64,000 nt of DNA from Ginglymostoma cirratum (Eukaryota): the NCBI GenBank assembly GCA_024137785.1, contig JAHRHZ010000144.1, positions 51,482,801 to 51,546,800 of the forward strand, given 5' to 3'. A model generated the notes under the pieces. It saw only the letters and a program-made list of their open reading frames with translations, did no database searches and was not told the DNA's origin. Of this stretch, positions 50,301 through 63,495 are shown in pieces. Each line of letters starts with the position of its first letter. The stretch's first letter is position 1. The position numbers were made by a program, and so were the translations under genes.

Positions 50301-52059
50301 TGAGTTTGATTTCAGTATTGTTTTCAGTTTTATAAATATGACAGAATATTATTTGGAAAATATTATGCAGTGTATGCAAGACCTTGTTCAGTCTTAAGTG
50401 TTGCAATTTTCTTTAAAATGCAGTATTAAAGGTCACTTTGTGCCTAATACTCACCCCAAAATTGCTGTACCAGCGAAGTTGATCCCTAAATTCAGTAGTT
50501 ACCCTGGATCCTGGCCTTAAATCAGAATTTCCTGGTGCCCTGAGGGAAGGACTCCATCAGCCTCTGCCAGTTTCTTGACTTGAGACAGCAGAGAGTAGAG
50601 CTAATGTCAATTGCTGTCAACATGATCAATGCTGGTGATTACTAGATTAGGAGCTTCTTGTATCTCAATTTTCAGTTGAGACCCAGCATAATATCAGTGT
50701 AAGTGGAACTGGTTGAAAGTAGTGGGAGCAGGGCTGACCTCTGGTATTCTAGTCCGAAACTGGGGCTCAGAGCCTTTAAGGTTATGGGGAAGCTGGAGCT
50801 TGAAAAACCTTTTAAAACTTTAATCTTTAAGAGAGTCACGAGAAAAAAATAACAGATTTTTTTTTGTCTGAGGGGAGGAAGAACTTGGAAGTACGTAGTC
50901 TCATCAGCTTCTGTTTTCCATGCTCTTGGCCTTAGGAGACTGCCATCCAAATAGCTTCAAGTTCTGGACGCCACTTCACCAACCCGATGTTCTTTGCTTA
51001 TGTCACCAATAGAGCTCTACTGGTGGGAATAATGTAGAACACTGCACCAATGAGGAGATCTATGCATCTTCAGTTCTTAACTCCCAGAATTCTGCTACAC
51101 AGATTTTCTAGATTATTATCTAGATTATTTGATATTAACTAATATCAAACTAAATTTATATTAATTATAAGTAAGAATTGAAGAATGCAGCTTTACTATT
51201 CAGCATTTAACTTTTGAAGGTATTGTCTAGTTAAAGAAATTACTATGAAATAATTTGTCATCTTTTTCCTTTTGTGCATTTGATTGTCGTCATATGAATT
51301 ATCTCACATCTCTTAATTGAAGATGAATATGTTGAATAACACTACGAATAAGCAGGTAGTGAGTGATCATTCCAGGATCCTGCAATATTACTTTCTACAG
51401 AAGGCTTGTCCATTGTCTTATTGCAGATCAGCCTCTTGATGATGGTTTGTAAGCTGGTCTTTCACTTCTGCTTGAATATTCACTTTTCACTTCCGTCATC
51501 TCATTAATACTTAATACTGCTGACATCTGTAGCTTTGCCCTATCAATGTTTTATATGTTTCATTTGAATCAATTATAGCCTGTTTGTTTATTTTGTTGCA
51601 TGTGTCACATGTTGGTATGTGAATGAAAGACAAACATATCCAGCATTTATTGCTGTCTGATGTTTGATTGTAAGAATGATAATTCGGATTTCGCAGGAGT
51701 TAAAACTGCAGAGTGGTCAGTGTCTGCTGCAATTACGCATCTGAAATTGGAAGACTTTCTGTAGCCTAAACAAAACCAGATAAGTGCAGACATTTAAAAT
51801 GCTAGTAGTGATTTTAGGCTGGTACTGTTAAAATCCCTGCAGTCTTTAATTAATAATAAATTGAACATAGCTTAAAAAAAAGACACATCTTATTGCACTC
51901 ATTGAGAAAATTCACAACACAACAATACCAATTTAAGGAAAAACCAAAATTTACTCTGATGCAGAAGAGAGTGCTGATTTGGCTTTGCACTGGGAACTGG
52001 TGAATGTGAGAGTTTTTTGTTTTCTAAACAAAGTCTACTTTTTGCTTTAATTTAGCAAT

Positions 52060-55030
52060 TAACTATAAATTACTATTATTGTTTAGGGAAGAGAAGCTGC
52101 AGTCCTTACCTGATCTAGCCTTTGTGTGACTCCAGCCCCACAACAACAGAATTGACTCTTAACTGCTCTCTGAAATGGCCCACTCAGGTGCATCAAACTG
52201 ATAAAAGCCCAAAACAGGAATGAAACCATTCAGACCACCTATCATTGACCTAGGTATAGAAACAGCAGCAGCAGCAGCAGTCCTGTTGACCCTGCAAAGT
52301 CCAACTCACCAACATCTGAGGACGACTGCCAAAATAGTAGAGCTATCTCTCGGACTAGTCAAGCAACAGCTTGATACAGTCAAACTCATAACTTGTGAAC
52401 AATGTCTCAGACGCCACTATCTCATTACCATGATATGTCCTATCCCACTAGCAGTTCAAACCCAACTGAGGTAGTGACACAGTGGTTAAGGGAGGCGTGA
52501 AGTTTCGTGGCATCAGGTCAAACATGGACAAGAAAATCTCTTCATTACAATGTATGCCCACCTCCCAGATGATGAATCAGTCCTTTTTCATGTTGAACAG
52601 CACTTGTAAGAATCCCTGAGCATTGCAAGGGTGTGGAATATACTCTAGTGGGGGACTTCAGTGTTCATCACCAAGAATGCCTTGGTGGCGCCATGACTAA
52701 CTTGGCTGGTCAAGTCCTGACAGACATAGCTGCTAGACTGGGTCTGCGGCAGGTAATAAAGGAACCAATAACAGGAAGTACATATTTGACCTATACTCAC
52801 AGTTCTGCCTCTGCCAATGTGTCTGTCCATGTCAGTATTGGTAGGAATGACCATCTCTCTGCCCTTATGGAGATGATGTCCCATCTTAAAATTGAGGATA
52901 TCCTCCTCTGTGTTGTGTGGCACTGTCACTGTGTGAATTGAATAGATTTTGAATGTATCAAGCAGCTCAAGATTGGGCATTTGAGGCACTGTAGGCTATC
53001 ATCAGCAACAGATGTTTACTCAAACACAATTTACAATCTCATAGTTTGGCATAACCCCCGCTCTACCATTACCATCTCAAGCCAGGATTTCGCCCTGGAG
53101 GGCATGCAACAAGCAGCACCATGTGTACCTAAAAATGAGATCTCAACCTGGTGAAGCTACATGCATGCCAGGTTGCAAAAGCACCAATTGATGGACAGGA
53201 CTAGCTGATGGATTAAATCCAAGTTCTGCAGTCCTATCAGATCAAGTTGTGAATGGTGTAGACAATTAAACAGCTCTCTGAAGGAGGAGGCTGTACAAAT
53301 ATGCCCAACCATTCCTCAGTACATCAGTGCAAAAGGTAAGGCTGAAGCATTTGGAACAGTTTTCAGCCAGAAGTGCAGAGTGGATGATAAATTTTGGCCT
53401 CCTTGAGAAGTCCTTAGCATCACAAATGCCAGTCTTCAGCCAATTTTATTCAGTCCATTTGATATGAAGAAACAGCAGGAAGACAGGAAGATGTAGCAAA
53501 GGCTATGATCCCTGACAATATTCTGCCAATAGTACTGAAAACACATGCTCCAAAACCTGCCTCTTCACAAAGTCAAACTGTTCCAGTATCCAGCTATGTC
53601 CTGTACACACAAAGCAGGAAAAATCCAACCCAGCCAACTGTTACTCCATGAGTAGTCTCTGAATCATCAACAAAGTGATGAAAGGGTTCATCACTGCACT
53701 ATCAAACAAAATTTGCTTAGCAACAAGCTGCTCATTGATGATCAGTTTGGGTTCTGCCTGGGCCACTCAGCTCCAGATCTCATTGCAGCCTTGATTCAAA
53801 CATGGAAAAAAGTGAGAAGTTCCAGAGTTAAGATGAGAATCCCTGCCTTTGACATGAAAATTAGATTTGACACTGTAAGGCATCAACGAGGCCTTGTAAA
53901 ACAAGAGTCAATGGGAATTGGCAGAAAACTCTCCGCTTTTTGGAGTCATAACTGACAGGAAGGAAGATGGTTGCAGTTTTGGGATGTTGGTTATCTTAGC
54001 TCCAGGACATCTCTGCAGGTGTTCCTCAGGGTAGTGACCTTAGCCCATCTGTCTTCAGATTCTTCATCAATGACCTCCCCTCCATTATAAGGTCAGAGGT
54101 GGGGTGTTTTCTGATGATTGCACAATGTTCACTAGTCACAAATCCTCAGATAAGGAAGCAGTCCATGTTCAAATGCAGCAAAATTTAGACAATATCCAGA
54201 TTTGGGCTGACACGTGACAAATTTTGGAACTTCCAACCCAAGAACATGGTGGGTTTACCTACACCAAATGGACTGCAGTGGTTTAAGAAAGCAATTTGCC
54301 CACCACCTTTTCAAGGGCAATGAGGGATATGCAATAAATGCTGGCTCAGCCACTTATATCCACATTCTAAAGTAACATTCAAACCATAAATACCAGGGAA
54401 TGACTATCTCTTGTTAAGGTTCAATGGCATTATCATCTCTAAATCCCCAACTATCAACATCCATTTACTAGAAACTGAACTGGACTCACCACAGAAATAC
54501 TGTTGCCACAAGTGTAGGTCAGAGGCTAATAATCCTACAGTGATCCTCACCACCTGACACCACAAAGCCCATCTACCATTTACAAGACAAAAGTCAGGAA
54601 TATGATTAAATACTCTCCACTTATCTGAATGGATGCAACTTCAGTAACAGTCAAGAGGCTTGAGTGTGGGCAGTATGATGGCTCAGTGGTTAGCACTGCT
54701 GCCTCATAGCGCCGGGGACCCAGGTTCGATTCTATCTGCAGGCAATTGTCTGTGTGGAGTTTGCACATTCTCCCTCTGTCTGTGTGGGTTTCCTCGGTTT
54801 CCAGAGATGCATACATTAGGTGGAAGAGCCATGGGAAATGTGGGGTTACAGGGATAGGATAGGATAGGATATAATGGTGGGATGCTCTTTGGAGGATCAG
54901 TATTGGCTCAATGGTCTGCTTCCACACTGTGGAAGTTCATAAAGGCACTACATCAGCTCCTTCTGAAGGGCACTTCTGGATGAGTGGTAAATTCTGTCCT
55001 TGCAGCAATGCTTAGATGCCATTAATTTAA
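52060..55030 (+). mobile_element. Long degenerate CR1/L2-group LINE including 5' UTR, EN and RT
   Basis: LVGDFSVHH, IGRNDH, DDQFGF..HSAPDLI, GVPQGS, FINDL; nested LINE tail (~54225-54365) and HE1 SINE. Confidence 0.8.
54668..54940 (+). mobile_element. HE1-like V-SINE (internally deleted)
   Basis: tggctcagtggttagcactgctgcctcatagcgccggggacccaggttcgattc, partial V-domain. Confidence 0.88.
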
Positions 55031-55319
55031 AAATTGTGGTAGCCGATGTTCAGCTTGCCAGTTCTTCAGATTTCAAAATGTTGCTAATAACTATGGCTGA
55101 AGCCTGAAAGGAATGGGATGTATTAATGTTCTCCATCACAATCACCATCAAGGTATATGCCAATGTGGACCTGCTTGGCTCTAACCCTTGCCAGATTTTA
55201 GTGAGGAAATTCTTATTGACGAGCAGATGCTGGGGAAATTTTATGGAGTTAGGAGTATTGTACAAGCAATCCATTGCCACTGATAATCATGTATGATCTG
55301 TAATTGCCCATAATAGGGT

Positions 55320-56130
55320 TAATTAATCCTGATAAATGTGACATGATGCACTTTGAAAGAAGTAACAAGTTATAGGAGTATTCAGTGAATGGCAGGACAT
55401 GAGGAAGATTGGAGGAACAGTGGGATCTTGAGGTGCTTGTCCACAGATCAGTGAAGGTGGCAGTAGATTATTAGGGTAGTTAAGAAGACATATGGGACAC
55501 TTGCTTTTATCAGCCATGGCACATTTTATAAGAACAGGGTGGTTATATTGGATATGTACAACATTTTGCTTAGGCCACAGCTGGAGTACTCTGTGCAATT
55601 CTGTCCACTACACTATAGGAAGGATGCAATTATATTGGAGAGGATGTAGAGGTGATTTACCAAGATGTTGCCTGGGATGGAACATATTAGCGATGAAGGG
55701 TGGATAAGCTCGGGTTGCTTTTATTACAGCAGAGAAAGTTGAGAGGGGTCCTGACTGAATTGTGTAAGAATGAGGAACGCGGATAGGGTGGATAGGAAGC
55801 AGCTGCTCCCTCTAGTTGAAGGGTTATCAACTAGGGACATAATTTTAAGGTGACGTGCAGGATGTTCAGAGGGGTTTTGAGGAAAATCTCTTTCACCCAG
55901 ATGGTGAGGGGAATCTGTAATGCTCCATCTGGGAGGGTAGTAGAGGTGATCCTCCCGTGCATCTACTCATAACCTTTAGAAAGTACTTGGCTGAGCACTT
56001 AAAATGTCATAATATTCAAGGTTATGCAGCAAGCGCTGGAAAATGAGAGCTGTGCACATTTAGAAAGGATTTGTGTTAGCGCTGACCTGATGGGCCAAAG
56101 GGCCTCTTCTGTTCTGTATGATTCTATAAT
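55320..56130 (+). mobile_element. CR1 3' fragment
   Basis: aatcctgataaatgtg..ccacagctggagtactctgtgc..tctttcacccag..gggcctcttctgttctgtatgattctat. Confidence 0.85.
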
Positions 56131-57034
56131 TTGCTGCCTCCATTGTCTTTCAGGGTAAGGATCTATGGGGCCTACTTGCCTAATGCCATTAAGGAAAACT
56201 ACTTGGTAGTCCAATGAGAAGTTGCACTTGTCTCAAACAAGATGGAGGTTATTGCATGTTTGCAACTAAGTACAAATTACATGGGTGTGATGGATGCTGT
56301 TACAGAAAATATGAGGAAGACCAAAATAGTAAATCTTACTCCTTCAAGATCCTAAGTCTGATCTCCCACCAGGCCCAGATGATATTATCATAAAATGTGG
56401 TGCTTAAGGTACTGCTCAGCATTCATGACCTTTTCGGATCTTAAACCCTGAGATAACTTCACCCCCAGCTTTTTTCCATTATTAATATTAATGCACGTGT
56501 GTCCATTATTTTTATCACTTTCCAACTCTCCCCAAATCTCTGACTTCTCAAATTCAGACACTTCAGGGTTTTCATTATTTTCCAACATGTTCTCTTCAGA
56601 CTTGGAAGACTGGTCGGTTTATGAATTAAAGAATGATGGGTTTGATTCTGTTCATGGCAGGCTAAGGTTCAAAAAGCTCTTTAAGTTGGATTTGGTGCTG
56701 GTAAAACCAATGCTAATACAACTCTCAAGTTGTCAAAGGCATTCTGACGTTTTGACAACTCTTGAGTTTTGAAAATAATGTCAGAAAATGTCAATGTCAT
56801 CTCTCTTTTTTGTAGACTCTTTTTCTTCCTGTTTAATTCAATAGGCCTGAGATCTAGTTATAACAGTTAGGAAACAACTCAGGATGCAGCTCCTGTAGCA
56901 TCTCAGTTTCTTTTACTTTCACGGATTGCTATACAACTCTTGGTGAAGCTAATATTTTGAAGCAGCAAGTCATTTTGCAATTTAAAAAAATCATTTTTAT
57001 TTTGGAGTTGTTGTTTCCATTTAGTAAGCTTTTT

Positions 57035-57790
57035 TTAAAAAGTCATTTGTGGGATGTGGGCATCCCTGGCTGGACTAGCGTTTATTTTCTGTCCTTAGTT
57101 GCCCTTGAGAATGATATGAGCTGCCTCCTTGAAACACCTTCTGAGTCCATGTGCTTTAGGTAGACCCACAATGCTGTTAGGGAGGGAGTGCCAGGATTTT
57201 GACCCATGGGCACTAAAGGAATAGTAATATATTTTCAGGTCAGGATGGTGAATGGCTTGGAGGGGAACTTGCAGGTGGTGATCTTCCCATGCATCTGCTG
57301 TCCATCCCAATGGAAGTGGACATTAGTTTGGAAGGTACTGTCTAAGGTTCTTTGATGAACTTCAGCAGTGCATCTTAGAGATAGTGCACATAGCATCAGT
57401 GGTGGAGAGTGAGGATATTTGTGGATGTGATGTCCATCAAATGGGCTGCATGGTTATGGATGGTATCAAGCTTCTTGAGTATTGTTGGAGCTGCAATCAT
57501 CCAGGCAAGTGGGGAGTATTCTATTGCACTCCTGACTTATGCCTTCAGATAGTGGACAGGTTCCGAGGAGTCAGGTGATGAGTTGGTCACTGCTGTATTT
57601 CTAGCCACTGATCTGCTCTTGTAGCCACTGTTTTTATATGTTTAGTCCAGTAGTTTGTAGTAAATGTTAATCCCCAGGATATTGATAATGGGGAATTCAG
57701 TGATGGTAATGCCATTAAATGTCATGGTGCAGTGGTTAAATTGTCCCTTAGTAGAAATGGTCCTTGCCTGGCATTTTGTTTTGCAAGAAT
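57035..57790 (-). mobile_element. LINE 3' part (46390 family)
   Basis: Reverse complement of 46600-47320 (gtgggatgtgggcatccctggc..ttagttgcccttgaga). Confidence 0.85.
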
Positions 57791-58872
57791 GTTAAAATCA
57801 CTGTTAATTCCAAAACTGCTAATGGGACAGGTTAAATAACCTCCAAGTACACCTCCAAATAATATATTTTCTTACAATTTATCTTCCAAACGAGTTAATG
57901 AATCATCTGGCGGTATCAATGACTGACCTGCTCCAGTGTCCCTTGCTATCTTTTCTATCTCCTTGAGTAGAAGAATCCTCTCCCTCTGAAATGAAAGATT
58001 CACGTTTTCCAGTGGTTTGGTTCCCTTTATGAATAATTGAGGAAGAATTGTCTTAACTGACCCGAGCCATTTGCCTTCTCTCTCCCCATGGAGGTTCTGA
58101 AGGAACACACTCCATCAGTATCACTGCTACAGTTTTAATATCCAATTTCTTTCCAGAAGCACTTTTATTGAGGATGCAATTGGTCCCCCATTTAACTCAC
58201 AGCAATTAGCTTTTGCATGTCCAGTCTTATTACAATGGAAGCATATTATTTTCTTTATATGACTTCAGATTCTTGCCTTTTTCCTTTTTATTATTTTAGT
58301 GAGCCTTTTGTAGGTGGATAAAGTAGACCAAAGCCATATGGGATACTTCTAATAGTTGAGTACTGAAGATTAAGTGCAGGGAGATGTGCTGAAACTGTGT
58401 AAAATATTGGCTAGGCCATAGCTAGAGTGTTGTGTGCATTCTAGGGTCCACATTATGTAAGAGGGATATGATTTTACTGGGTGCAGAGGAGATTTACCAG
58501 GATGGTGCCTAGACTGGAGGGTTTTAGTTATGAAGGAAGATTGGATACACTGGGTTGTTTTGCATGGAGCAGAGGAGATTGAAGGGAGGACATGATTGTG
58601 ATGTATACAAGTGAGGGGGATAGACAGGGTAGACAGGAGAAACCTTTCCTGTTGGTGGAGGGATCAGTGACCTGAGGGCAGAGATTTAAGCTAAAGGAAG
58701 GGAGGTTTAGAAAGAAACTGAGGAAATCTTCTTTCACCCTGAGGGTAGTGGAAATCTGGAACTTGTTACATGAAAGGGTGTTAGAGGCAGAAACATTTAG
58801 ATGTACACTTACAATGCTATTCAAGGCAATAGTCCAAGGGCTGGAAAATGGGATTAGAATCGTTAGGTAGTT

Positions 58873-59920
58873 TCTAAAGTTTTAGAGTAGATTTGTAGCT
58901 CGGGTTGTGGATGTTGTGGTTGGTTGGCTCGCCGAGCTGGTTCGTTGTTTTTCCGCAGACGTTTCATTACCCTGCTGGGTTTCATTACCCTGCTAGTACC
59001 AGGCTTCTAGGAATTCACGTGCTTGTCTCTGCTTTGCTTGTCCCAGGATTTTAGTGTTGTCCCTGTCGAATTCGTGGTTCTCTTTATCCATGTGGTTAGA
59101 GATGAGTAAGTATTGGTCGTGTCTTTTTGTAGCCAAGTGATGTTTCTGTACCTTTGTTGTTAATTTCCTTCCTTTTTGTCTGATGTAGTGTTTTTCACAG
59201 TCTCTGCAGGGAATCTTGTATATGACATTGGCCCTGTCCATAGTGGGTAGTGGGTCTTTGGTTCGGGTGAGCAGTTGGCGTAGGGTTGATGTGTGTTTGT
59301 GTGTGACTCTGATGCCCAGTGGTCATAGGAGTCTTGTGGTCACTTCAGATATGTTCCTGGTGTAAGGTTGTGTGATGAGTGTGTCGGGGCGTGTAGTATC
59401 TTCCTTGTGTTGTTTGTGTGATAAGCATCTTCTGACCCAGTTTTTCAGGTATCCATTGTCTTTGAATACCTGGAAGAGGTAAGATTCCCTGCAGAGACTG
59501 TGACAAACTCTAAATCAGACAAACAGGGTGGAAATTAACAACAACTGTACAACAATATCAATGGCTACAAAATTACATGACCAATGCTGACTCATTTCTA
59601 TTCATATGGATAAGGAGAACCACCAATTCGACTGGGACAACACCAAGATGCAGAGACAAGCACGGGAATTCCTAGAAGCCTGGTATTCAATGAAGAAAGC
59701 CATCAACAAACACATAGAGCTTGACCCCATATACACTCCACTGCAAAGGAAAACCGGAAGTGAGGTAATCCAGCTCAGTGGACTCCAGAGTTTAAATAAA
59801 AGGCAGGAAAATACAACGGCGCTTCGTCGGAGGCTGCACTGATGATGTTACTCAGCAGAGTAATGAAATGTCTGCGGAAAAACAATGAACCAGCTCAGCG
59901 AGCCAACCAACCACAACATA
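58873..59920 (-). mobile_element. Penelope element with GIY-YIG endonuclease, two inverted halves, 11-bp TSD
   Basis: NVIYKIPCRDCEKHYIRQKGRKL..H..REFLEAW (58993-59241); opposite-strand copy 59482-59920; TSD gttaggtagtt at 58862 and 59921. Confidence 0.92.
59836..59875 (+). ncRNA. Minimal hammerhead ribozyme motif (family B type)
   Basis: GCA-CUGAUGA-U-GUUACUC-AGCA-GAGUAAU-GAAAU-GUC-UGC: 7-bp helix II, helix I GCA/UGC, directly 3' of the GIY-YIG ORF. Confidence 0.75.
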
Positions 59921-60389
59921 GTTAGGTAGTTGTTGTTGACTGGCACAGACTCGATGGGCTGAAGTTGACTTCCATGCCTCTTTGCTCCCTAAAAGTAAAA
60001 TGTTTTCCATCCCAAATATTTCTATTATTCAACTTCTTTGTTGATTCCCATATGACCATTTCCTTACATATGACAGTCTGTGTGAGATATTACAGGTATC
60101 TGCCAATAGTGTCGCTTACGGAGTTTTGATATTGATGCTCATCTAAATAGATCTTTACGGTTATCAGAGTACTATTTTGGAATTGTTGCATCATCATGAT
60201 TTCCAACATGTTTTTAAAATTTCTCTTAATTTCAGTGATGGAAACCACTGATTCCACAGAATTTATTTTTTCTTGCAAGTTCACAAGTGTCTGATTAGGT
60301 TTCTTTCTGATAGTCCTAACTAAAATTGGTAAGCTTCAGAGACAAGCCCATAAACTTTGAGTGTTATTGCGTTAACAGCTTCATAATCA

Positions 60390-60598
60390 ACAGAGATAGT
60401 AGGAACTGCCGATGCTGGAGAGTCTGAGATAACAAGCTGTAGAGCTGGATGAACACAGCAGGCCAGGCAGCATCAGAGGAGCAGGAAAGCTGACATTTCA
60501 GGACTGGACCCTTCTTCAGAAAATAGTGCTATATTTTCTGAAGAAGGGTCCAGACTTGAAACGTCAGCTCTCCTGCTCCTCTGATTCTGCCTGGCCAC
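60390..60598. mobile_element. Penelope-like family A inverted pair, 10-bp TSD
   Basis: TSD cttcataatc at 60379 and 60599; + arm core CUGAAGA-A-GGGUCCAGACUU-GAAAC-GUC (60538-60565). Confidence 0.88.
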
Positions 60599-61337
60599 CT
60601 TCATAATCGGCAGATTGTTATTTTGACGACATGATGTACACGTCCATAGTTGTACCTATCAGGACACTTTATAACATTGAAGTCCAAACATCCTTTGGCC
60701 AGTTCATCCTCACATCTATCGTTTCAAATGAGAGGGAATATCTTTCAACTCCATCTTCTGTAAATTTAGGAACTAAATGCAGATTTGTAGTTAAATCAAA
60801 CCACTCACTGAAATCACAGTCATCTCTGAGCCATTATCTTTTCCCTGTTTCTTATTTCTTTAAGTTTTTCTCTAGCAGAATCATGTTGTGAGTTCTGTCT
60901 GTTTGAAGGTCAAGCTTTTTAAGATCTGATTTCCCATTCCATTATTGTTTTTCTTTCTCTTCTCATTCCATTTTCTTTGTTTTTCTTTCTATTCACTAAT
61001 TGAGACTTCTTTATTTTTAGTTTATTTTTTTCCTTTGTTTCTTTTAGCTCTCTACCCATTCCATTTCCTTTGTTTTATTTCTCTTCTCCTCTATTCTGTT
61101 GCCTTTTTCTTTTAATTTAGTTTTATTTCCTCTTTCTTTTCTCACTAATTCAAGTTTTGCTTTTCCTACTTAATTGCTAATTCTAGCAGTGACATATCAA
61201 TGTCAGGTTTTCTTCATTTTAATTCTAAATGTTGTATGATCACTTTAAGCATCTCATCTTTATGAAATCCTTCTTTTAATTGTCCCTTCAATTTATCTAC
61301 TAACTCTGAGCATGGCCTTATCTAAAGATTTCAAATC

Positions 61338-61570
61338 ATGTCTGTGCGGAGTTTACACATTCTCCCCGTGTCTGTGTGGGTTTCCTCCGGGTGCTCCAGT
61401 TTCCTCCCACAGTCCAAAGATGTGCAGGCTAGGTGGATTGGCCATGCTAAATTGCCCATAGTGTTCAGGGGTGTGTGGGTTATAGGGGGATGGGTCTGGG
61501 TGGGATGCTGCAAGGGTCGGTGTGGACTTGTTGGGCCGAAGGGCCTGTTTCCACACTGTAGGGATTCTAA
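61338..61570 (+). mobile_element. 5'-truncated HE1-like V-SINE
   Basis: V-domain and tail nearly identical to 640-880. Confidence 0.9.
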
Positions 61571-63495
61571 TTTAAAAGAAATTTAAATTTAAATTTAAAA
61601 TCCAGTGCTGTATTTTCTATTCTCTGCAAGGCCTTAACAGCCAAAAGATTTGAAATTCCAATCTGCGTAATGTTTCAGAAAAACTCTCCAGTTATATGTT
61701 CAGCATCTTCACATGTGCATTTCTTTAAAGATCACATATCCATCTGAAATTCAACATTTTTCAAATAGAAAAACAAAAACAGTGCTATATTTATGAGACA
61801 ATTTGGAAAGATCTAATCACAAACAGTAAAAAGAAAGATATAACCATTTACGCAACGGTATCCTTTACAGACTCTCATCCTCAGTGCTGCTTTCAATTTC
61901 TGTATTCACCAGCGTGATTCTCTCCATTATAGTCTCTTCCTGAGACTCAGAGACAAGCTAACTAATTTACTTTTCTCACAGAGCTTTAGGCTGTGCAATA
62001 TCTTTTGGTATGGATCTTTTCTCTCTGAATTGGACCTGCTTATGTCCCCTCTCCAGCTTCCTCACTCTGGATCTTAAAGCTCAACTTAATAAACACTTCA
62101 ACAACTATATCACCAGGTAGCTTCTTTAGTCATTTTGCTGAAGTCACATAATTTCTTGGGTATGCTGTCTTTGCCCTCTGATAATAAAATGAGTTTTGGA
62201 TGCTTAAATAAAAAAAATTGCCTTCAGAGAATTGAAAATCAAAAACCTGTTTACCTCTACTTTCAAGCTCTAGTTTTTAAATGATAGTGGTATATCATAA
62301 ACCTTCACAGGGTTAGGCAGGTTGTGTGCTCTTCTGCTTACTTTAAGGTAAAGAATTAACCAAAATGAATGAATGACAAAGGCACAATTCAAGTATTTGT
62401 GAACAGTAATAGTGTGTGACATGTTGTGAATTACTTCAACATGGAAGAAAAACTGACAACAGTGAGCTACCCTTGCTTCCATTTCTCATTTTCTGCTTAT
62501 GTAGAATTGGCTGTCTGTTCATGAACCACATCTAATTTTGCTTTTTTATTCATCCCATCCAATGCACAATCCCCAGTGGTAAGGTGAAAATGACCGCCGC
62601 TAAAGTATATATTGGGATGTGAATCCTTGGCTTTGGCCAAAATGAATGCAAACATTAACAGTTGTTTTACCTAACTGTGAAAATAATCTTTCACTTGGAA
62701 GGCGTACGTTAACAAGGGAGGGCTAGAAATGATAAGTTAAAGACAAATCCATGTCATTAATTTGATTAAATTCTTCGAGAAGGAAACAGAAGCTTAATTG
62801 AGATGGTACTGTAGATGTTGGATATATGTTCTTTCTAGAGTTGTTTGACAAAGTATACACAGGAGTTTTATTGAAAAAAAAACTGGAAGTTCATTGAATT
62901 AAGGGGTAAGTGTTGATTTGATATGGAAAAGATTCAGTGACATAAGCTGAAAAGTGCTGGCTGTAGTGGGTAGCTGAGTAAAGTTTGGGTGAAATGGATG
63001 AAATTTGTGTTTTTAGGGAGATTACAAAATTGTAATGGGAAGTTGGATCATTTGGTGGAATTATAGTAAGGAGGAAAGTTTCACTATTGAAAGAGTGATT
63101 ACAGGTTGGAGGGAAGTTGGGCTATTGGATGGGGTTACTGTTTGAAGGGAAGTTGGGCTACGAGGGTGATTAGGTAGCAGAATGAGAGGCTTACTGATTT
63201 GGAGAATTTGGGAAATCTACTGGAAATTTATGATTCTGACAGAATTGTTTAGCAATAATGGAAAGTCTGCCAGTTGGAAAGATTGTTGTGGGAATCTCTT
63301 CCTTGGTTCATGTGAGCATACTTGTCATTTTAGTATGATCATATGAAGATCTATTAACATTCTTTAAGCCTTCTGATAGTAGCTATAATTGTGAAATGCC
63401 TAACCTTTGTAATAGTATGTTTTAAAGAAGCTCTAAATGAGGTTAGTTATAATTGTTTCCAAACCTTGAATTAAGGAATAGATTTTTTTTTACAG

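Larger units (their letters stand above)
58370..59975 (+). mobile_element. CR1 3' end split by a Penelope insertion
   Basis: LKLCKILARP*LECCV..ttctttcaccctgagggtag; tail resumes at 59921 (ggcacagactcgatgggctgaag). Confidence 0.8.
56340..61800 (-). mobile_element. Fragmented Gypsy element with SCAN-like gag (Gmr1-type)
   Basis: Minus strand LVPKFTEDGVERYSLSFE..WPKDVW..L*SVLIG..ADYEAV..YGLVSEAY (60780-60330); zinc knuckle CFHCNKTGHAKANC (~58245); protease RDTGAGQSLI (~57945); E/K-rich N-terminus 60900-61330. Confidence 0.7.

Noticed and set aside
60900-61200. Pyrimidine-rich tract as a regulatory element
   Set aside because: Explained as the antisense of the E/K-rich N-terminus of the Gypsy gag.
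62562-62578. Alternative first exon ATGCACAAT..TG|GTAAG
   Set aside because: Phase 2 donor is incompatible with phase-0 exon 2, and there is no promoter evidence.
63010-63300. G-rich recurring ggaagttggg motif
   Set aside because: Too irregular to define a period; treated as low-complexity sequence.
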